Made by a program: the position numbers and the translations under genes. Of a stretch of 64,000 nt of DNA, positions 58,091 to 64,000 are shown in pieces. Origin of the DNA: Candidatus Iainarchaeum sp. (GTDB lineage Archaea > Iainarchaeota > Iainarchaeia > Iainarchaeales > GCA-2688035); the NCBI GenBank assembly GCA_017610205.1, contig JAFCCL010000005.1, forward strand, positions 30,106 to 94,105, given 5' to 3'. Under the pieces are notes generated by a model. The model was not told the origin of the DNA. It made no database searches and saw only the letters and a program-made list of their open reading frames with translations. How positions within the stretch are numbered: the stretch's first letter is position 1; the number at the start of each line of letters is the position of its first letter.

Positions 58091-59559
58091 TATTCCACCA
58101 CCTGCCTTGCATTCCTAAGCCAGGTCAAATCCTGTGAAAAAAGCTTTCTGATGTCTTTTATTCCAAGCGTGAGCATTGCCAGCCTGTCAATTCCAATTCC
58201 CCATGCAAGGACAGTTTCTTTGACATTCAAGGGCAGAGTCAATTCAGGCCTGAAGATTCCGGCTCCTCCCAATTCAATCCAGTCAAGTACAGGGTGCTTT
58301 GCGCTTAACTGTACTGATGGTTCTGTGAAAGGGTAGTAATCCGGAAAAAATTTTACTTCTGTCGCGTTTCCGAATTTAATTGCAAATTCTTTCAGCATTC
58401 CAAGCAGATGCCTGAAGTTTAATTCATTGCCAACAATAATTCCTTCCAGTTGATTAAATTCAATTAAATGTGAAGCGTCAACCACATCAGGCCTGTAGCA
58501 TCTTGCAATTGCAAAATACTTTCCAGGGCTTTCAACGCCGTTAAGCATTTGCCTTGCGCTGTGTGCTGTTCCATGGGCTGCAGGCATTACTTTTTTTGCA
58601 ATTTCTTCACTCCACTTGTATTCCCATCCTTTGCTTTCTGTTTTCCATCCGTTTTCATGTGCTGCTTTTACTTGTTCAACAAACTTTTTTCCCGGCAATT
58701 TTCCTGTTTTAGGGTGTTTTAATTGATAGGTATCAGTCCACTGTCTTGCAGGGTGGCCCTGTGGCTGGAACAATGCGTCAAAATTATAAAATTCCTGTGT
58801 TATCATAGGGCTTTTCATTTCCTTAAAGCCCATTGCAACAAGTTTTGCCCTTGCTTTTTCAAGGAACTGTTCATATGCCTGTTTTTTTCCTACAAGAATT
58901 TTTGGAACTGCTCCGTGAACGTTGTAGGCTCGTTGCTTTACTGTTCCAAGCATTTCAATTGCTTTTTTTCCGTCTGCTGTAAGCCTTGCTTTTTTTTCAA
59001 CGTTCACTGTTTTTTCTGCAAGCCCTCTTTTCAGGGCTTCCTGCAGTGCTTTTTTTTCCTCTTTGTTTAATTCAAGTGCTTCTTTAATTTTTTTCATTGT
59101 CTTTTCAAGCGGGTAATTTCCTTCAATAAAATCTTTTTCAAGTCCTGTAAATTCAAGAATTGTTTCTTTTCCGCCCTGAATGCTAATCCAGGCATTTCTT
59201 TTTGCAAGTCCCATTGCAACATTGAATTCAGGTCTGTTAAGCTGGCTTTTTTTATAAACCTGTTCAAGGCTTCCTTTTCCTTCAAGTGCCTGCAGTGCTT
59301 CAACAAAAAGCCTTTCAGGCAGTGCCTTTCTCAGACTGCTTTTTCCAATTGCGGTTAAAACAATTTGTTCCTGTTTTTCTTCAACTATTTCTGCCAGGTT
59401 CTTTTCTTTTAGCCATTCAATTGCCCGCCTTATGCTGTCAATCGGAAGCCCTGATTTTTTTGCAATTTCGTCCATTTTCTTAAGTTTTTCTGAATAAAGT
59501 GCCTTCAATGCCTTTGATTCTATTGAACTTAGGCTTTTCACTTTTTGCTTTAAATCCAT
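58090..59559 (-). CDS. pheS: phenylalanine--tRNA ligase alpha subunit
   Basis: NFDALFQPQGHPAR, HLIEFNQLEG, YYPFTEPS, WGIGIDRLAM. Confidence 0.97.
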   Translation of the reverse strand: MDLKQKVKSLSSIESKALKALYSEKLKKMDEIAKKSGLPIDSIRRAIEWLKEKNLAEIVEEKQEQIVLTAIGKSSLRKALPERLFVEALQALEGKGSLEQVYKKSQLNRPEFNVAMGLAKRNAWISIQGGKETILEFTGLEKDFIEGNYPLEKTMKKIKEALELNKEEKKALQEALKRGLAEKTVNVEKKARLTADGKKAIEMLGTVKQRAYNVHGAVPKILVGKKQAYEQFLEKARAKLVAMGFKEMKSPMITQEFYNFDALFQPQGHPARQWTDTYQLKHPKTGKLPGKKFVEQVKAAHENGWKTESKGWEYKWSEEIAKKVMPAAHGTAHSARQMLNGVESPGKYFAIARCYRPDVVDASHLIEFNQLEGIIVGNELNFRHLLGMLKEFAIKFGNATEVKFFPDYYPFTEPSVQLSAKHPVLDWIELGGAGIFRPELTLPLNVKETVLAWGIGIDRLAMLTLGIKDIRKLFSQDLTWLRNARQVVE

Positions 59560-59643
59560 TTTACATTCACTTCTAATTTGCGTTCACCTGCAATAATGAG
59601 TAATATAAAAGTCTTTTAATATATAACAGCAACATTTTCATAC

Positions 59644-60138
59644 ATGTTTTACTTAATTGACAGTTCTGCTGTCTTAAACGATTTTGGTTTTGAATTCAGT
59701 CCAAAAAATAAATACATTACAACCAGGCTTGCAGTAAGTGAATTTCGGGATTTGAGAAGCAGGCATTTGATGGAAAATGCATTGCAGCAAAAACTTCTTT
59801 CCATTGAAGAACCAAGCAAAGAAAGCCAACTTAGGGTAAACAAGGCCGTTTCCAAAAAAGGCTTTACTAAATTGAGTAAAACAGACCTTTCAATTCTTGC
59901 CCTTGCCATTGACCTAAAAGAACAAGGCAAAAAATTCATTCTGATAACAGACGATTACAGCATTCAGAATTTTGCAAAAGTTTTTGAAATTCAGTTTGAA
60001 TCTGCAATGCGTGGGGAAATATCAAAAGAAATAAGCTTTTTCCTTTCCTGCCCTTCATGCAGCAAAAAAATGCCTTCAAATTCAAAGGAAAGAAAATGCC
60101 CTGTTTGTGGTTCAAATCTTAAGCGAAAAAAACAGTAA
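59644..60138 (+). CDS. nob1: Nob1-like PIN endonuclease with zinc ribbon
   Basis: IDSSA, LSKTD, TDDYSIQN; CPSC...CPVCG. Confidence 0.9.
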   Translation: MFYLIDSSAVLNDFGFEFSPKNKYITTRLAVSEFRDLRSRHLMENALQQKLLSIEEPSKESQLRVNKAVSKKGFTKLSKTDLSILALAIDLKEQGKKFILITDDYSIQNFAKVFEIQFESAMRGEISKEISFFLSCPSCSKKMPSNSKERKCPVCGSNLKRKKQ

Positions 60139-60250
60139 AAAAAGCCTGCAAATCACTTCAAATACTCCAAAACAACCTAATAATTAACCAATTCACTGCT
60201 TATAGTTACATTTATATATTTCCTTTGCTGTAATTCATATTAGGGAGTAT

Positions 60251-60616
60251 ATGTTTTTCGAATTCCTTGCGGCAGCCATATCTTTGGACTTGAATTGGAT
60301 AGCTGGGCTTGTGTTCAATAACCTGCATTATCTTTTCTTTTTTGCTGCATTTGCGTTTTTTTTCTGGGGTCCTTCTACAAAAAAATGGGCGGTTTCAATA
60401 ATCCTTCTTATTCCTACTATCTGGCTTTGGGTTGATTTTAGTACCTTAAGTGGCTGGGTTATCATGGGTGGAGCGTTTCTTTCAATTTATTATATCACTA
60501 AGATTGTTGTCTTGACTTTTGCAAATGACGTTCCTTTGCTTAAAAATAATTTGATTATTGTAACCGAAGTTCACGGTCTTGCGCTTATAATTGGATATAA
60601 TCTTTTCCTGAGGTAA
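60251..60616 (+). CDS. small membrane protein (paralog A1)
   Basis: hydrophobic; similar to 60799-61161. Confidence 0.7.
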   Translation: MFFEFLAAAISLDLNWIAGLVFNNLHYLFFFAAFAFFFWGPSTKKWAVSIILLIPTIWLWVDFSTLSGWVIMGGAFLSIYYITKIVVLTFANDVPLLKNNLIIVTEVHGLALIIGYNLFLR

Positions 60617-60621
60617 TAAAA

Positions 60622-60792
60622 ATGCACTGGATTAAAAAAACAATTTTTGCAGTGGCAATCGCCTTTTTGCTATTCATATTTATATCATTTGCTGGAGCTT
60701 CTCTTTTTTCAAGTAGTTTTTTGGGTTTGAGTGGTTTAATTCTTTTGCTTTTCATGGTGGTTTTTGAAGTAAATGCAGTAACTTACGGGTGA
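60622..60792 (+). CDS. 56-aa hydrophobic protein (B1)
   Basis: GAGGT RBS; MHWIKKTIFAVAIAFLL...VTYG; below ORF-track cutoff. Confidence 0.6.
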   Translation: MHWIKKTIFAVAIAFLLFIFISFAGASLFSSSFLGLSGLILLLFMVVFEVNAVTYG

Positions 60793-60798
60793 TTAAAA

Positions 60799-61161
60799 TT
60801 GTTGATGGAATTTATTTCACATGCACTGGCTTTTGACCTGGTTTGGATAGCTTCGCTTATTTTTGGGAATTTGCATTGGGTTTTTGCACTTGTTGCATTT
60901 GTTATTATTGCAGAGAAGGGCAAAAGACCTGTTTGGCATTTTTTGGTACTGATTTTTTTCCTTTACGCTTTCCTTGATGTTATGGAATTAGGCGGTTGGA
61001 TTATAGTCCCAATGTTTTTCTTAATGGCTCTTGAGTTTTTTATAGGGCTTTATTTTCCTGAAGGCAGCTGGGTGCAGAGAAATTTTGTAAAGATAGTAAC
61101 TGTCCTTATATTTGCCCTGAGTTTTGTTCACACATTTTATTTTCCAATTCCGATGATTTGA
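60799..61161 (+). CDS. small membrane protein (paralog A2)
   Basis: EF...A...DL.WIA.L.F.NLH shared with A1. Confidence 0.7.
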   Translation: MLMEFISHALAFDLVWIASLIFGNLHWVFALVAFVIIAEKGKRPVWHFLVLIFFLYAFLDVMELGGWIIVPMFFLMALEFFIGLYFPEGSWVQRNFVKIVTVLIFALSFVHTFYFPIPMI

Positions 61162-61162
61162 A

Positions 61163-61333
61163 ATGGGTAATTTGAGAGCAGCATTTGAATCAGTGCCTTA
61201 CGCAATAGCAGTTTTGTGTATTTGCTTATTGGTTGGACTGGTTCTTGATAATATACAGGCATTTGGCAGTCTGTTTTCTTTTTGTGGTCTTATAGCGTTT
61301 GCATTTGTGATATTTGGAATGACTGCTAAGTAG
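61163..61333 (+). CDS. 56-aa hydrophobic protein (B2)
   Basis: MGNLRAAFESVPYAIAVL...MTAK; starts 1 nt after A2. Confidence 0.55.
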   Translation: MGNLRAAFESVPYAIAVLCICLLVGLVLDNIQAFGSLFSFCGLIAFAFVIFGMTAK

Positions 61334-61337
61334 TTTT

Positions 61338-62117
61338 TTATTCCTGTTCTTCTCCACCAAGGTCAGAGTGTTTTATTATGTAGTTTTGTATTTTGTTTCC
61401 TATTGATTTTCTTTTTGCAAGTACGATTATTAAAATAAGTGCTGTTGCTCCTACAAAGATTATAAAGAGTTCGCTTTGCATTAGTTCCTGTAATGCTTCT
61501 TCTAAATCAAATGAAGAAATTTGTTTGAAGACAAGATAATTGAGTTCCAGTTCGTTTCCAAAAACATATCCTGTCCAGACAACTGTGTTGTTGCTTATTA
61601 CTGCATCTGGTTTTACTGGTTTTTCGATTTCAACTCCTCTTGGCAATTGTACAGTTATTGATATTCCTGCCGGGATTACCCACAGTGCTCCGTCAATAAA
61701 GCTTGATAATGCACTTGCCTTAAATTTGTATTCTATTACGCGTGTTGTTTCGTTCTTTTTTTCCATTATTGGGCTTTTAAGAAAATAATTCATTTCAAGA
61801 AAGTCAAGAGAGTCAGGGTTTTCATTGAATGAAATTCCGCTTACCACAATGTCTTTTTCCTGTCCTATTCTTGGATAAATTCTTTTGTCGTAAGCATTCC
61901 ATCCTTCAATGCTTACACCCATTTCGCTTACTGTTTGCCTAAAATCCGCAAGCTGTTGTTCGTTTTGAAAGCTTAAGTAATATTTTTCAATTACATTTGC
62001 ATTTCCTTCAATATCTACATTGATTTCAATTGTGTGGTTTTCAAGAACATAAAATTGCCCAAATGCAAACTGGGCAAGAAAAAGAAACGCAACCAAGGTT
62101 AAAATTTTTTTATTCAT
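61338..62117 (-). CDS. secreted, C-terminally anchored hypothetical protein
   Basis: signal peptide; LPRG..I....P motif; C-terminal TM. Confidence 0.75.
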   Translation of the reverse strand: MNKKILTLVAFLFLAQFAFGQFYVLENHTIEINVDIEGNANVIEKYYLSFQNEQQLADFRQTVSEMGVSIEGWNAYDKRIYPRIGQEKDIVVSGISFNENPDSLDFLEMNYFLKSPIMEKKNETTRVIEYKFKASALSSFIDGALWVIPAGISITVQLPRGVEIEKPVKPDAVISNNTVVWTGYVFGNELELNYLVFKQISSFDLEEALQELMQSELFIIFVGATALILIIVLAKRKSIGNKIQNYIIKHSDLGGEEQE

Positions 62118-62216
62118 CAGATTTCACTTTATATTAATGGTTTTCTCCTTATTATTTTTTCCTAATCCGAGCTAATGCCTTTAAATGCCTGTTCTGCCAA
62201 TATTCTATAGATTTGC

Positions 62217-62906
62217 ATGGTTTCTATTCACTATTTTGGTCACAGTTTTTTTAAGATTGGATTTCCTGAAAGAAATATTTTGATTGACCCCTATGTTTCA
62301 AACAGCCAAAAGGATCCTGCTTTTGCAAGGCTTGTTCCCTGTGCTGCCAAAAATTCCGATTTCAAGGACACTGCACTAATCCTTGTAACACACGAGCACT
62401 TTGACCATTTTGACAAAGAGTTTATTGAAAACATTGCATCAAGGGACAACAGCTGTGTTGTTGCATCAGAATCAATTTTGCAAAAGCTTGACTTAAGCAA
62501 GAGGTTTTTGCATCCTATAAAAATGCACCAAACCATTAATCTTAGGGGTGTTGAAATAATGGCAACTCCTGCTCATCACCCGCAGGCTTTCTACCCTCTT
62601 GGCTTTATGATAACCAATAACGGAAAAAGTGTTTTTCACAGCGGAGACACTGAATTAATTGACAGCTTTTCACAGCTAAAGCCAGACGTTGCCCTTTTGC
62701 CGATTGGTGGAACTTACACAATGGATTGTGTTGACGCAATCCGCGCAGTTAAAACAATGAAGCCAAAATATGCAATTCCAATGCACTACAATACCTTCAA
62801 AATGATTGAACAAGACCCAAAAGAATTTAAGCAAAAGATTGAAAAAAGCATTCTGAAAACAAAGCCGGTAATCTTAAACCCTGGGCAGTCATTTAATTTC
62901 AAGTGA
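62217..62906 (+). CDS. metallo-beta-lactamase fold hydrolase (UPF0173)
   Basis: GHS, THEHFDH, HSGDT, LPIGGTYTM, IPMHYNTF. Confidence 0.92.
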   Translation: MVSIHYFGHSFFKIGFPERNILIDPYVSNSQKDPAFARLVPCAAKNSDFKDTALILVTHEHFDHFDKEFIENIASRDNSCVVASESILQKLDLSKRFLHPIKMHQTINLRGVEIMATPAHHPQAFYPLGFMITNNGKSVFHSGDTELIDSFSQLKPDVALLPIGGTYTMDCVDAIRAVKTMKPKYAIPMHYNTFKMIEQDPKEFKQKIEKSILKTKPVILNPGQSFNFK

Positions 62907-62911
62907 AATAT

Positions 62912-63100
62912 CTACTTTTCCGAATAGTATTTCCAGTTCACAAACCACACAAGCAAGGCAAAAACGTCAAGGGCAATTATAATGCCTGCTCCAACAAGCA
63001 TTACGATTTCCAAAACCCAGTGCATTACAAAATTCAATGCTGCAAAAATTAGTCCTGCTGCAACAGCCATTAGTGCAAAAAACCCTTCAATAAACTTCAT
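62912..63100 (-). CDS. small membrane protein
   Basis: 62 aa, 2 TM. Confidence 0.5.
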   Translation of the reverse strand: MKFIEGFFALMAVAAGLIFAALNFVMHWVLEIVMLVGAGIIIALDVFALLVWFVNWKYYSEK

Positions 63101-63155
63101 AATACAAAATAGCTGAAAACATCTATATTAATCTTTCCAACCAAATGCCATTTTA

Positions 63156-63842
63156 TTAAGTTTTCTCCGCCTTTCGCAGTTCTTCCACTGTTCCAATGTC
63201 AATGCATTTTCCACTGTACAAAACAAATCCTGCTTTGCCTTTTGCAGCCAAAGCATTAATGCTGTCCGTCAGCTCAAATTCGCCTCTTTTGCTTACTTTT
63301 GTTTTCTCAAGTGCTGCAAAAATCTTCTGGCTAAAAAGGTATGCAGCGACATTGACAAGATTGCTTTCCAGTTTTTTTGAGGGCTTTTCAATAATTGCTT
63401 TAATTTTTTTTCCGGAAATAAGTGCAACTCCGTATTTTTCAGGGTGCTTGTCTTCCCTCAATGCAACAACTGCATCAAATCCCTTTTTTGCAGCAAGCTT
63501 TTTCCAAAGTTGCGGCAAAACAATTACATCAGAGCTTCCAACCAAAAAATTTCCCCTAATCTTGCCTTTTGCCTGCAGTACTGCGTGGGCTGTTCCCATT
63601 GCAACCCTTTGTTCAACATAGCTTAGTTTCATTTTTCCAAAAACATTTCCAAATCTTTTCCTAATCATTTCCTTGCCAAAACCAACAACAATAACTGCTT
63701 TTTTAACGCCTGCCTTTTCAAGGCTTTGCAAAACATGCTCAAGCAAGGGTTTTCCCTTAAGTTCAACCAATGCCTTTGGCTTGTCGTTTGTCAAAGGCCT
63801 CATTCTCTTCCCCAATCCAGCTGCCAAAATAATTGCTTTCAT
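63156..63842 (-). CDS. sugar-phosphate nucleotidyltransferase
   Basis: ILAAGLGKRMRPLT..PK, EQ...GTAHA, RGEFELTD. Confidence 0.92.
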   Translation of the reverse strand: MKAIILAAGLGKRMRPLTNDKPKALVELKGKPLLEHVLQSLEKAGVKKAVIVVGFGKEMIRKRFGNVFGKMKLSYVEQRVAMGTAHAVLQAKGKIRGNFLVGSSDVIVLPQLWKKLAAKKGFDAVVALREDKHPEKYGVALISGKKIKAIIEKPSKKLESNLVNVAAYLFSQKIFAALEKTKVSKRGEFELTDSINALAAKGKAGFVLYSGKCIDIGTVEELRKAEKT

Positions 63843-64000
63843 TTAACTCACTTCAGATAATAAGAGTGCCTAAAAATTTAAATAATTGTGTTGTCCTGAA
63901 TTAATGTTCCCTCTATAATCTGGGTTGTCCTTTGTCATTTTAAGCTTTCTCCATGAAGGCTTGTAGAGGGGTTCTTAGTGAGTCGTTTTCGAGGCTCATG

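Noticed and set aside
63940-64000. Short hairpin at the window edge (TGAG-TCG..CGA-GG-CTCA)
   Set aside because: Truncated by the window and cannot be assigned.

Overview
AT-rich archaeal chromosome segment, most consistent with a DPANN lineage (Iainarchaeota/Diapherotrites-like; this is an inference from gene content and style). Housekeeping genes include gpmI, bacterial-type thrS, nreA, rfcS, rfcL, an MtaB-like methylthiotransferase, topA, cdc48, nfo, cdc6/orc1, ychF, pheST and nob1. There is a full type IV/Tad-like pilus locus and about 14 class III signal-peptide proteins, plus two inteins (an Ala1 KlbA-type intein in the pilus ATPase and a 633-aa intein in RFC-S). Highlights not shown in the ORF track: (1) a ~6 kb island (41097-47093) bounded by an 18-bp inverted repeat. 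It carries a dead tyrosine recombinase, two tandem-Lrp regulators, a prenyltransferase-fold enzyme with degenerate DDxxD motifs, and an unannotated 56-aa peptide with two XYG motifs directly upstream of a splicease-like radical SAM/SPASM enzyme (a candidate archaeal RiPP system). (2) A 300-bp non-autonomous IS200/IS605 element that keeps its omegaRNA-like right end and sits between the RBS and ATG of a 24-aa ORF. (3) A GC-rich structured ~130-nt RNA candidate. (4) A histone-H1/HMG-like basic protein with a paralogous partner gene. (5) Recurrent short duplications of gene junctions that create translationally coupled mini-ORFs. No rRNA, complete tRNA or CRISPR array was recognised.
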